In this document: in pieces, positions 12,471 to 24,720 of the stretch
How the letters are laid out: every line of letters begins with the position of its first letter
Position numbering within the stretch: position 1 is the stretch's first letter
Source of the DNA: Octopus sinensis
Lineage: Eukaryota
Assembly: GCF_006345805.1 (NCBI RefSeq)
Contig: NC_043006.1
Span: 22,258,001 to 22,322,000, forward strand
Reading direction: 5' to 3'
DNA: 64,000 nucleotides
Notes under the pieces: model-generated
Databases searched by the model: none
Told to the model about the DNA's origin: nothing
Seen by the model: only the letters and a program-made list of their open reading frames with translations
Made by a program: the position numbers and the translations under genes

Positions 12471-12472
<2 letters not shown>
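11382..12472 (-). mobile_element. Tc1-like DNA transposon with two internal deletions
   Basis: ~30 bp TIRs caggggttggataaaataatggaacacct / aggtgtttccattattttgtccaacccttg with a TA flank. Peptides MTDLPDFQRGQIVG...GRKPK, MIWGAI, WPPQSPDLNIIEHLW, AKGGTTPY. Confidence 0.92.
11865..12284 (-). pseudogene. Tc1 transposase N-terminal DNA-binding ORF (139 aa); catalytic core deleted
   Basis: Paired-like HTH plus GRKP motif; the frame ends at a deletion junction. Confidence 0.75.
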
Positions 12473-12525
<53 letters not shown>

Positions 12526-12540
12526 CATATATATTTATGT

Positions 12541-13127
12541 ACTCTGTTACTTGTTTCAATCATTTGACTCCGACCATGCTGGAGCATCACCTTTTAGTTG
12601 AATAAATCGACCCCAGGACTTATTCTTTGTAAGCCTAATACTTTTACTATTAGTTCTTTTGCCGAACCGCTAAGTTACGGGGACATAAATACACCAACAT
12701 TGGATGTCAAGCAATAGTGGTGGGGATAAACACAGTCAGAAATGCATTCATATATATGTATATATGTATATATATATATATATATACAATAGGCTTCTTT
12801 CAGTTTCTATCTACCAAATCCACTTACAAAACTTTGGTTGGCCTGAGGCTATAGTAAAAGACACTTGCCCAAAATGCCACATAGTTGGATTGAACTCGGA
12901 ACAATGTGGTTGGGAAGCAAGCTTCTTACCACACAGCTAATCCTATTCTTTTATTCTTTTACTCGTTTCAGTCATTTTACTGCGGCTATGCTGGAGCACC
13001 CTCTTAAAGGATTTTTGGTCAAAGAAGTCGACCCCAGGACTTATTCTTTGTAAACTTAGTACTTATTCTATTGGTGTGTTTTGCTGAGCTGCTAATTTAC
13101 AGGAATGCAAACATACCTACATTGGTT
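12541..13127 (-). mobile_element. SINE-B full copy plus adjacent 3'-half copy
   Basis: Family consensus at 12541-12937 and 12943-13127. Confidence 0.85.
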
Positions 13128-14982
13128 GCTGTGGGCACATAACAAACACCATCCGGTCGTGGCCGTTCGCCAGCCTCATCTAGCACCTGTGTCGGTGGCA
13201 CATAAAAACACCATCCGAAGACCCGGCAAGACTAGTCAGGCCATAAACCATGGCCCCTACCTGGGACGTAGTCAGTCCACCTGTGCATACCTTCCTCCTT
13301 GTGATACTTGTGAAGGCCTGTTGAGGCAAGTGAAAATCAAAATCAAAATCAAATCAAAACAAATCAAAATAGATGAACATCAATGGAACTTGTATCTATG
13401 TGGTACCAGTGCCGGTGGCACACAAGAGAAAACCATCCGAAAGTGGCCGTAGCCAGTACCGCATCGACTGGCCTCCGTGCTGTGGGCACATGACAAACAC
13501 CATCTGATTGTGGCCGTTCGCCAGCCTCATCTAGCACCTGTGTCGGTGGCACATAAAAACACCATCCGAAGACCCGGCAAGACTAGTCAGGCCATAACCC
13601 ATGGCCCCTACCTGGGACGTAGTCAGTCCACCTGTGCATACCTTCCTTCTTGTGACACTTGTGAAGACCTGTTGGGGCAAGTGAAAATCAAAATCAAAAC
13701 AAATCAAAATAGATGAACATCAATGGAATCTGTATCTTTGTGGTACCAGTGCCGGTGGCACACACTTTGTGGTACCAGTGCCGGTGGCACACAAGAGAAC
13801 CATCCGAACGTGGCCGTAGCCAGTTCCGCATCGACCGGCCTCCGTGCTGTGGGCACGTAACAAACACCATCCGATCATGGCCATTCGCCAGCCTCATCTG
13901 GCACCTGTGTCGGTGGCACATAAAAACACCTTCCGAAGACCCGGCAAGACTAGTCAGTCCACCTGTGCATACCTTCCTTCTTGTGACACTTGTGAAGACC
14001 GGTTGAGGCAAGTGAAAATCAAAATCAAAATCAAAATCAAAATCAAAATAGACAAAATAGATGAACATCAATGGAATTTGTATCTTGTGGTACCAGTGCC
14101 TGTGGCACACAAGAAATCCATCAGTGCTGTAGTCAGTGCGGTGGGCACATGACAAACACCATCCGATTGTGGCCGTTCACCAGCCTCATCTAGCACCTGT
14201 GTCGGGGGCACATAAAAACACCATCCGAAGACCCGGCAAGACTAGTCAGGCATAACCCATGGCCCCTACCTGGGACGTAGTCAGTCCACCTGTGCATACC
14301 TTCCTTCTTGTGACACTTGTGAAGATCTGTTGAGGCAAGTGAAAATCAATCAAAACAAATCAAAATAGATGAACATCAATGGAATTTGTATCTTGTGGTA
14401 CCAGTGCCGGTGGCACGTGGCACATAAGAAAACCATCCGAACGTGGCGGTAGCCAGTACCGCATCGACTGGCCTCCGTGCTGTGGGCACGTAACAAGCAC
14501 CATCCGATCGTGGCCGTTTGCCAGCCTCATCTGGCACCTGTGTCGGTGGCACATAAAAACACCATCCGAGCGTGGCCGTCTGCCAGCCTCGTCTGGCACC
14601 TGTGTCGGTGGCACATAAAAACACCATCCGAGCGTGGCCGTCTGCCAGCCTCGTCTGGCACCTGTGTCGGTGGTGGCACATAAAAAACACCATCCGAGCG
14701 TGGCCGTCTGCCAGCCTCGTCTGGCACCTGTGTCGGTGGCACATAAAAAACACCATCTGAGCGTGGTCGTTTGCCAGCCTCGTCTGGCACCTGTGTCGGT
14801 GACACATAAAATCACCCACTACACTCTCGGAGTGGTTGGTGTTAGGAAGGGCATCCAGCTGTAGAAACACTGCCAGATCTGACTGGACTGGTGCAGCTTT
14901 CGGGCTCCCCAGACCCCAGTTGAACCGTCCAACCCATGCTAGCATGGAAAGCGGACGTTAAATGATGATGATGATGATGATA
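13128..14982 (+). repeat. Tandem array derived from an RTE-LINE 3' UTR, ending in the RTE-type tail and (ATG)n
   Basis: gaagacccggcaag anchors at 13217, 13568, 13935, 14227; ~62 bp subunits at ~14548-14810. Homologous to the single copy at 17826-18385. Confidence 0.9.
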
Positions 14983-15101
14983 TATATATATATGTGTGTG
15001 TGCGTGTGTGTGTGTGTGTATGCATGTATCCATGTCAGGCTTCTTTTAGTTTTCATCTACCAAATCCACTTGCAAAGGCTTTGGTTGGCATATATATATA
15101 T

Positions 15102-15393
15102 GTGGAGGCGCAATGGCCCAGTGGTTAGGGCAGCAGACTCGCGGTCGTAGGATCGTGGTTTCGATTCCCAGACCGGGCGTTGTCAGTGTTTATTGAGCGA
15201 AAACACCTAAAAGCCCACAAGGCTCTGGCAGGGGGTGGTGATCCCTGCTGTACTCTTTCACCACTCTTTCTCCCACTCTTTCTTCTGTTGGCCTGCTCCC
15301 TTAGCCAGTGGAGTGGCTAAAACAATGCGAACACATTGTAACCAGCGATGTGTAACAACGTGGGATGGTCTGGTTGGTCACATGATCATGTGA
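15102..15393 (+). mobile_element. tRNA-Arg-like (OR-like) SINE, tail type 1
   Basis: ggcgcaatggcccagtggttagggcagcagactcgcggtcgtaggatcgtggtttcgattcc: A and B boxes, TCG at the anticodon position. Confidence 0.85.
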
Positions 15394-15729
15394 TATATAT
15401 ATATATATGTTTTTTTTGGGTCACCACCACCACCACCACCACCATTCAATATATATATTGAAGGAAAAAGAAAATGGAGAAAAAATGGATGTATGATTAA
15501 TTTATTTGTATGTTATAAAATGATGTAAGTTTTTTTAAAAAACCTAACAGTACAAATAAATTGAATACAAGTTGTAAAGCTTGAAAAAAGAAAATGAAAT
15601 AAAGGAACCTACATATATGTTTCAGTCCTATCACCTAGTTGATCAGAAGTTCAAAGCATTTGGTTAAATGCAAAGACAGGTATCATGTTCTAATTATATG
15701 GGGTATGTACTGCCCCATATAGTTTCTTC

Positions 15730-17180
15730 ACCGCCACCACAACCACAACCACAACCACCACCACCACCACCACCACACTACCACTGCCACCGCTGCCACC
15801 ACAACTACCACTGCCACCACCACTACCACCACCACCACCACAACTACCACTGCCACCGCCGCCACCACGACCACCACGACCACCACCACCAAAACCACCA
15901 CTACCACCACCACTACCACCACCACCACTGCCGCCGCCGCCACCACCACCACCACCATCACCACCACCACCACCACCACCACCACAACTACCACTGCCAC
16001 CGCCGCCACCACGACCACCACGACCACCACCACCAAAACCACCACTACCACCACCACCACTGCCGCCGCCACCACCACCACCACCATCACCACCACCACC
16101 ACCATCACCACCACCACAACTACCACTGCCACCGCCGCCACCACGACCACCATGACCACCACCACCAAAACCACCACTACCACCACTACCACTGCCGCCG
16201 CCACCACCACCACCACCATCACCACCACCACCACCACCACCACCACTGCCGCCACTGCCGCTTCCACTGCTGCCGCCGCCACCACTATTACTGGACATGC
16301 AGCAAATACCACACCTGCTACTACAGATCCTATCACCAGCATCACCAGTTCCACCACTACATCTGCCAACTACATCACCAATATTATTACCACAACCATC
16401 AGCAACACTACCCTCAATACTGCCACCTTCACCAACACCTATCACCACTATGCTGCTACCACCACCACCACATGACAACAGCAGCAACACTAATACTGCA
16501 ATGACCAACATTGCCAGCACGCCCATGACCATCACCAACATCCACCACCACCACCACCACCATCACCAAATACTACCCAACCATGACAACCACCATCACA
16601 ACAATGACAATAACTACAACAACACAACTGCTTGCTGCCATCACTACTACCTTGCTAATACTTTCGCCAATACCCATCATTACTAAATACCACCACCACC
16701 ACCACCACCACAACCTTCTTTACTTCTACTAAATACCACCAAATATCATTACCACCAGTTACTATCAGCATCATCTCCACTACTACTACCACAACAATCA
16801 CCACCACCACAATCACCACCACCACAATCACCACCACCACAATCACCACCACCACAATCAGCAGCAGCTGCAGAACCACTACTGCAACCAGCAGCAGCAG
16901 CAGCAGAACTACCAGTACCACCTGCACTAGCACCACCACCACCCAACACCAGTAGCGGCAGCAGTACCATCACCACTTCCACCACACCATCACAGTCACC
17001 ACCACCACCACCACCACCTCACCACCAAATACCACTACTACCAGTTACCATCAGCATCACCACGACTTCAACTACTACCACTGCAACATCACCACCACAA
17101 TTACCCACCACCACACACACAATCACCACCACCACCACCACAACAACAACAATAGCAACAACAACAGCAGCAGCAGCATC
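15730..17180. repeat. (CAC)n-rich low-complexity tract with three ~130-140 bp tandem units
   Basis: actaccactgccaccgccgccaccacgaccacc...aaaaccaccactac recurs at ~15845, ~15988 and ~16120. Confidence 0.85.
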
Positions 17181-17825
17181 ATGCTATCTTTTCATAATGG
17201 AATCATTCCTCTCCCTTTTTGTTTGGAGTAAAGAATAGGTCAGTTATGGGTAAATGGGGGGGGGATGAGTGGAAAGAAAGTGGGATGATGGCGGTGGCGG
17301 TGGTGATGGAGATGGTGATGATGATGGTGACGGTGATGGTGTTGGTGATGGTTTTTGGGTGGAGTTTATGTTTAGGGAACATTAAAGGTTGTACTCAGAG
17401 ATTTGAAACCTTAAATTTCTTGAGAGAAGTGAGTGCACAAACACAAAGAATATAAAGATGAGAATGGAAGAAATGGTGATAGTAAAGCTACAGGTGCTAA
17501 TTGTGGTAGATGTGGCTTTATGTTTTACCTGGAGAAAGAAAGTTTGAAAGACATGTAGGCACACACACAAACACACAAACACACACACACACACGCAATG
17601 TTTTGACTAATAAGTTTCACCTGGTTGTCTTGTTGAACCAGTTTCAATGAAGAATCTGTCTGGCAACATTTAAAAGTCCTGGTCAGAATCATCATCATCA
17701 TCATCAACATTAGTTAAGGAATTGCTAAATTTAGATTTTTGCTTCTTGGAATATCAGTAACAAGTATCCATCCACAATAAACTGCATGCTTAGATAAATT
17801 CAGCTATTACTGATACAGAAAAACA

Positions 17826-18385
17826 TCATCATCATCATCGTTTAACGTCTGCTTTCCATGCTAGCATGGGTTGGACGGTTCGACTGGGGTCTGGGAAGCC
17901 AGGAGGCTGCACCAGGCTCCAGTCTGATCTGGCAGTGTTTCTACAGCTGGATGCCCTTCATAACGCCAACCACTCCGTGAGCGTAGTGGGTGCTTTTTAC
18001 ATGCTAGGCGAGGCTGGCAACAGCCATGATCAGTTGGTGCTTTATACGTGCCACCGGCATGGAGGCCAGTCGGGGTGGCGCTGGCAATGGCCACGTTCAG
18101 ATGGTTCTTTTACGTGCCACCAACACTGGTATCACAACTACTATTTCCATTGATTTTTGAGCGATTTCAATTTCGATTCCGATTTCACTTGCCTCAACAG
18201 GTCTTCGCAAGCAGAGTCTTGTTTCCCAAGAAGGAAAAGTATGCATAAGTGGGCTGGCTACATCCCAGGTAGAGGCCACGGGTTATGGTCTCATTTGTCC
18301 TGCCGGGTCTTCTCATGCACAGCATACTTCCAAAGGTCTCGGTCACTAGTCATTGCCTTGGTGAGACCTAAAGTTCCATATAATT
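17826..18385 (-). mobile_element. 5'-truncated RTE LINE: ORF end plus full 3' UTR and (ATG)n tail
   Basis: Minus strand encodes GLTKAMTSDRDLWKYAVHEKTRQDK*, typical of RTE RT C-termini. Confidence 0.8.
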
Positions 18386-18563
18386 AATTTCATACTATAT
18401 AATTAATTTCATACTGTCCCCAGTATTGCTTCCCTACCAGTAAATATTTCTGTCATTATTCTTAAACTCACTTTAAAATAATAATCTTAATTTAACATCT
18501 ATATACATACATGCATACATACACACCTACATACAAATATATCATTATTATGTATACATATAT

Positions 18564-18770
18564 AGGCACAGGTGTGGCTGTGTGGTAAGAAGCTAGCTTT
18601 CCAACCACAGGGTTCTGGGTTCAGTCCACTGCATGGCACCTTGGGCAAGTGTCTTCTTCTATAGCCTTGGGCCAACCAAAGCCTCGTGAGTGGATTTGGT
18701 AGATGGAAACTGAAAGAAGCCCATCGTATATATGTGTATATATATATATGTTTGTGTGTCTGTGTTTGTT
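18564..18770 (+). mobile_element. SINE-B 5' half
   Basis: Head through (TA)n(TG)n. Confidence 0.8.
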
Positions 18771-18973
18771 ACATATTTTATTATTTTTATTTTTACTTTT
18801 TATTTTTTATTTTTATTTTTTTATCTTTTTTTTTTAAATATATATAACTATCAAAAAGTATTAAAAAGTTTAATATAAGATAAAAAGTATCTTATATTAA
18901 AAAGTATCTATGTTTTGGTTTATGTTTTCCACTGTTTGATTTGCCTAATAGTGGTTGTATCTCTAATTTAATA

Positions 18974-19004
<31 letters not shown>

Positions 19005-19506
19005 TATGAATGAGAAGCAGCCCAAGGGATATAACAATATTGAGCACACATATACAAGGTATGTGTTTTGGCAGTTCGTGGGCAGGCTGCAATTTACAGG
19101 CTTAAGAAGATATATTCTCATCAATTCGCCTGGTGTTAAAACACCTGGATGTCATAGACAAGTGAGACAATTCTCATCAATTCACCTGGTGTTAAAACAC
19201 CTGGATGTCATAGACAAGTGAGACAACTCACATCAGATCCCATTACAGGTGTGGCAGACATTAACATCTTTCTTGTGATTTGTCAATACCAACAGAACAC
19301 ATACCTTGTGTATGTGTTCAATATCGTATTTTTTCTCTTTCGTCTCTCTTATTATTATTATTATGACAGTTATTTTTTCCCTTTTACATCTTGCTTGTAA
19401 ATATCTGATTTTTTTCCCTATTATTCCTTTTGTATTCTCCCTTATTGTATCTTATTTTAATTTACTTTATTTTATTAAACCTTTTTTGACATTCTTCCAA
19501 AAATTC

Positions 19507-19609
19507 TTCACACTGATGAGAGTGAAAATGCATAAATTTAATTATAATTATGATAATAATTTTTCTTGCATATTTGTATTGTCCTTTGAAACTCGCGTAT
19601 GTATTGAAT
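19507..19609 (+). ncRNA. Degenerate type-I hammerhead-like motif with long AT-rich stem II
   Basis: CUGAUGA at 19513; GAAAC-UCGC-GUA at 19588-19599; stem I aca/tgt (+ttc/gaa); aaatgca/tgcatattt pairing inside stem II. Confidence 0.4.
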
Positions 19610-19873
19610 CCTATTTTGTATTAAATCTAATTTTGATGCAACATCTTTTTCTCCTCCATTTTTCTATAATTGTTTATGGTATATTTATACCTATAACGAA
19701 ATTTTTCAACTACTATTTTCATATTCTTATTACTTGCTCTGGCTGTTTTTTATGAATATGATGAATCTTTATTAGAAATCATTCTTTCTTTCTTTTCTCT
19801 CTTATTGGACCACTCAAAAAAGTTTGAATTGTTCTTTTTTGAACTTTTTTTTTAACTATACATATATATATAT

Positions 19874-20292
19874 AGACGCAGGTGTGGCTGTGTGGTAAGA
19901 AGCTTGCTTCCCAACTAAATAGTTCTGGGTTCCGTCCCACTGCCTAGCATCTTGAGTGAGTGTCTTCTACTATAGCTTCAGGCCAACCAAAACCTTATGA
20001 GTAGATTTGGTCGATGGTAACTAAAAGAAGCCCGTAGTGTATATGTGTGTGTGTATGTGTGTGTGTATCTGTGTGTACATGTGTTTCTCTGTGTTCGTCA
20101 CTCCATCACCACTTGACAACCAATGCTGGTGTGTTTATGTCTCCATAACTTAGCAGTTTGGCAAAAGAATTCAATAAAATAAGTACCAGGCTTACAAAGA
20201 AGAAGTCCTGGGGTTGATGTCTTCGATTAAAAGGTAGTGCTCCAGCATGGCCACAGTCAAATGACCGAAACAAGTATAAGAATAAAAGAATA
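19874..20292 (+). mobile_element. SINE-B full copy
   Basis: Family consensus. Confidence 0.85.
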
Positions 20293-20769
20293 TGCATATA
20301 CATACATACTTACACATACATACCCACAAGCTCACTACACTCATGTCTACACGTAGACATATTCATTTACATGCTTGTACCATCACTACGCGATAGACAG
20401 AAGACTACTGACATGCCCATTTACAAACAATCGGACACATACCTTCACACACACACACACACAAATACAAACACACTCACCTACACACATTCTCACATAT
20501 GCATAAAACGGGTGTGGTATGACAGCAAGGAAGTTTAAAGTTGGGATTATAAATGTCAGTCTGTATTTGTCTGTATTTGGAATATCAGTGGGTGTTACTT
20601 TGAAATTCTAAATAAGACTAACATTAAAACTTTATGATAAAATCAGGGAAGATTAAACAGATTTGAAATGCAATAACCAGAAAATTCTTCTTTGATTTAT
20701 TGGTCAATGTGTTACAATTCCATGAATGTTGTTCAATTCTCAGTCGATTTTGTTTCTTTTTTTTATCTT

Positions 20770-21075
20770 TTGTAATTTATCTTTTATTTATTTCATTTTT
20801 ATTAGACTGTGGTCAAGCTGGGTCACCACCTTGACGAGTTTTGTGGAACAAATAGATCCCAGCATTTATTTATTTATTTTTTTTAAAGCCTAGTGCTTAG
20901 TCAATTTGTCTCTTTTGTCAAACATCTAAGTTATGGGGATATAGACAAGTCAACACGAATTGTCAAGCAGTGGTAGGGGGACAAACAGAAACACAAAGAC
21001 AGACACACATAGATATACGCACTCACACACACACACACAACACACACACAACACACACACACACCACACACACAC

Positions 21076-21109
<34 letters not shown>

Positions 21110-21150
21110 ACACACACACACAATACACACACACACAGACACACATTTGT
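20770..21150 (-). mobile_element. Degraded SINE-B 3' half with expanded (CA)n
   Basis: gtcaagcagtggtagggggacaaacagaaacac followed by (CA)n. Confidence 0.65.
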
Positions 21151-21164
21151 CTGCTTGAGATCTA

Positions 21165-22455
21165 TCAGGTCATCCCATAAGTTCTGTCCGAATTTTGAAT
21201 AAAGAAAACAAGTGATCAAATGTTATATTTAATTGAAATTTAATCATCAATGTACTTTCCCTGATTATCTATGACTTCCTTCCATCTATTTACAAGCTTT
21301 TTAATCCCATCAATCTAAAATTCTTTTGGTTTCCAAGCGAAGAACTCTGAAATGTCAGTTTCGACCTCCTCCTGGCTTGCGAAAGCTATGTTCCCCCAAA
21401 TGATTCTGTAAACTACGAAACAAATGGTAGCCTGAAGGAGCAAGGTCAGGAGAATAAGGTGGATGAGGAATTTTTTCCCAACCAAACTCTTCGATCTTCT
21501 TTGATGTGATCTTTGCAGTGCAGGGTCATGCATTGTCCTGATGAAACATCACTCCTTTTCGATTCACTAAAGTGGATCGTTTTTCCTTCAAAGCTTGGTT
21601 CAAATGCTCTAATTGTTGACAGTAGACTTGAACATTGATTGTTGCATTAGGTGGTAACAATTCAAAGTGAATTACTCCTTTGCAATCCCACCAGATAGAG
21701 AGAAGAACTTTTTTCCCATGAAGTTCCCTTCTCGGTTGTGGTTGAGCTTTTTCCCTTTTATGAAGCCACTGTTTACAATGTTTAACATTTCGATAGAAGA
21801 TCCATTTTTCATCACCAGTCACAAGTCTATCCACAAAAGGGTGAAATGAGTTCGCGAGAATGGAGAGAAGAGCAGATGTCAACTCAGGATTTGCAGTTGC
21901 TTTCAGACAATTCATGAGGCACCCATTTTCCAAGTTTAGGAACCTTTCCAAGTTGTTGAAGATGATGATGAACAGTTGTATGGTATGAACTAAGCTTTAT
22001 TGCCAATTCTTCAACTGATAATGCAAGATTTTCTTCAAGTAATGCCTCAAGGAGCTTATCATCAAACTCAACTGGACGTCCTATTCGATCTTCATCTTCA
22101 AGGCTGAAATCTCCACTTCTGAATTTTGCAAACCATCTTCTGCAAGTTCTTTCATTCTAGCATTCTTTCCCATAAACTGAGTGTATGTTTCGAGTCACTT
22201 CGGCTGCAGAGTTTTTCTTTTTTGTACTCACGAAGCATTATGTACCTCAAGTGCTCTTCGGATACTTCCATGTTAGAAAGGGTTTTAATCAAAGAAATTT
22301 TAATTCTGTTATTCTGCAAAATAATATTTGATTAGTTTAAATGTACACAAATGTATAAAAATAATTTTTAATTCCATTACACATTCTAAAATACTATTAA
22401 ATTTCATTCAATTTAAAAAAAGGTAACATCAGAGAGAACTTATAGGATGACCTGA
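21165..22455 (-). mobile_element. Full-length (1291 bp) decayed mariner, mellifera-like
   Basis: TIRs tcaggtcatcccataagttct / agaacttataggatgacctga with TA TSD. Peptides VTGDEKW, KKVLLSIWWDCKGVIHFELLP, NRKGVMFHQDNA, HPPYSPDLAPS; several stops and frameshifts. Confidence 0.93.
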
Positions 22456-22524
22456 TAGTTCCATGCGTGTGTATATATTCTTTATTCTTCTTTTCTTTCT
22501 CATGTTTCAGCCCTAAGACTGTGG

Positions 22525-22527
22525 CCA

Positions 22528-22626
<99 letters not shown>

Positions 22627-22755
22627 TATAAACAATGGACCTCTTTCAGTTTCTGTTTTCCAAATCCACTCCCAAGGCTTTGTTTGGTTTGGGGCTATAG
22701 TAAAAGGTACTTGCCCAAGGTGTGACATGGTAGGACTGAACCCAGAACCACGAAG
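22525..22755 (-). mobile_element. (CA)n plus SINE-B 5' half
   Basis: caaatccactcccaaggctttg...ggactgaacccagaacc. Confidence 0.7.
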
Positions 22756-23044
22756 TTAGTAAAGAAAGAAAGCAATGTCCATGATTCTTTCACAGGCTTT
22801 TGAGACTAGCAGGAAAGAAGGAGGAAGGTTACCTCAAATGGGTTACCTGGCCTGAGTGCTTGCAGCAGAGTGGATTCTGATAAAGACATCTAAGATGCCA
22901 AGTATTGGTGCCAAACTGGGTGACAGACTGAGTCCACTATTTATGTAGATCATAACAGGATTTCAAGTTAAGAACTTAAAGAGCTGGAACAAATACTGTG
23001 AAACATTTAGTCTGCTAGTTTCTTCCAGAGAGAATGTGTGAATG

Positions 23045-23075
23045 TATTAGACAGACAAACAGATAGAGGTAGGCT

Positions 23076-23125
<50 letters not shown>

Positions 23126-23302
23126 AAGACAGACAGAAAGACAGACAGACGGATGGACGGATGGACAGATGGATGGACGGACGGATAGATGGATGGAGAA
23201 AAAAGAGAAAAATAGGAAGAAAGAGGAGGAGGAGGAGGAGGAGGAGGCTGAGGAGGAGAAGAAGAAGAAGAGGAGGAGGAGGAGGAGGGGAGGAGGAGGA
23301 GG
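23045..23302. repeat. Compound (GACA)n (GGAT)n (GGA/GAA)n microsatellite
   Basis: Read directly from sequence. Confidence 0.95.
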
Positions 23303-23629
23303 TATTGGCCCCTGTTTTTGATAGGTATTTTATTTTATTAGCTCTGGGAGAGTGGGGATGAAAAGCAAAGTTGACCTCAGCAGGATTTGAACTCAGAGCA
23401 CAGGGAATCAAAATGAATACCATGAGGCTTTTTACTCAATGCTCTCTTGACACTGCTAGTTTTTTGGAGGTCTTTTTTTGTTTAAATACTTTGACAGAGG
23501 AGGCAAAAGCAACACCCGAAAAACAGTTTCAATTCCTTCAAACTTGATAGAAAGAAAGGAGGAAGTGTAAAGGTCCTTCTCAGATTTGAGACCTGACCCA
23601 AATGCTTACAACAGAGTGGACTCTACTAA

Positions 23630-24720
23630 AGGCACCCATGGGTGAAGATTTTAAACCAACTGATGTAGTAGATAATTTCTGCTACCTTGGTGACCTTATT
23701 CGCAGATATACTGAAAGTGTAATAGCTAGAATAAGAATAGGATGGAAAATATTCAGAGAGCTTTTACCTCTGTTGGCAATCAAAAGTTTGTCTCTCTCTA
23801 TCTAACTGAAAGGAAGTTTGTATGGTATTTGTGTATGAGCTGGCAGAAACGTTAGCACGCCGGAATGAAATGCTTTGTGGTATTTCGTCTACCGATATGT
23901 TCTGAGTTCAAATTCCGCCGAGGTCGACTTTGCCTTTCATCCTTTCGGGGTCGATAAAATAAGTACCAGTTACGCACTGGGGTCGATATAATCGACTTAA
24001 TCCGTTTGTCTGTCCTTGTTTGTCCTCTCTGTGTTTAGCCCCTTGTGGGTAGTAAAGAAATAGGTATTTCGTCTGCCATTACGTTCTGAGTTCAAATTTC
24101 GCCGAGGTCGACTTTGCCTTTCATCCTTTCAGGGTCGATAAAATAAGTACCAGTTATGCACTGGGGTCGATATAATCGACTTAATCCGTTTGTCTGTCCT
24201 TGTTTGTCCTCTCTGTGTTTAGCCCCTTGTGAGTAGTAAAGAAATAGGTATTTCATCAGCCGTTACGTTCTGAGTTCAAATTCCACCGAGGTCAACTTTG
24301 CCTTTCATCCTTTCGGGGTCGATAAAATAAGTACCAGTTACGCACTGGGGTCGATGTAATCGACTTAATCCGTTTGTCTGTCCTTGTTTGTCCCCTCTGT
24401 GTTTAGCCCCTTGTGGGTAGTAAAGAAATAGGTATTTGTGTATGAACTGCAATGCTACATGATAGTCAGGCATGAATGCTGGGGACATGTGGAAACTAGA
24501 GAGGAATGAAGCTGGTATGTTCTGCTGGATGTGCAATGTTAGTGCACATGTGCAACAGAGTGCCAGTGTATTGAAAGAAAAGTTAAGTAAAAAGGAATTA
24601 GATGCAGTATGCAGGAGAGAAGACTAAGACAGTTTGGTCATATGATATGTGATGCAAATGGATGAGGAGAGAAGCATGAAGAAGTACCAATCACTTAAAG
24701 AGGATGGAAGTTGTGGAAAA
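23630..24720 (+). mobile_element. Decayed RTE RT fragment split by a SINE-A trimer
   Basis: VVDNFCYLGDL...ARIRIGWKIFRELLPLL left of the insertion; TAMLH...RTE C-terminal motifs to the right. Confidence 0.75.
23839..24430 (+). mobile_element. SINE-A trimer with 15-bp TSD
   Basis: ggtatttgtgtatga at 23824-23838 and 24431-24445; three ~178 bp bodies. Confidence 0.93.

Noticed and set aside
14548-14810. cag-cctcgt-ctg in the 62 bp subunit as an HDV-like ribozyme P3/L3
   Set aside because: No complementary P1 or P2 strands found; it is a simple hairpin.
13128-14810. Repeat array as CRISPR-like repeats and spacers
   Set aside because: The intervening sequences are homologous to each other and derive from an RTE 3' UTR; eukaryotic context, no cas genes.
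15105-15175. Functional tRNA-Arg gene
   Set aside because: It is the head of a SINE: it continues into a shared body and lacks a proper acceptor stem.
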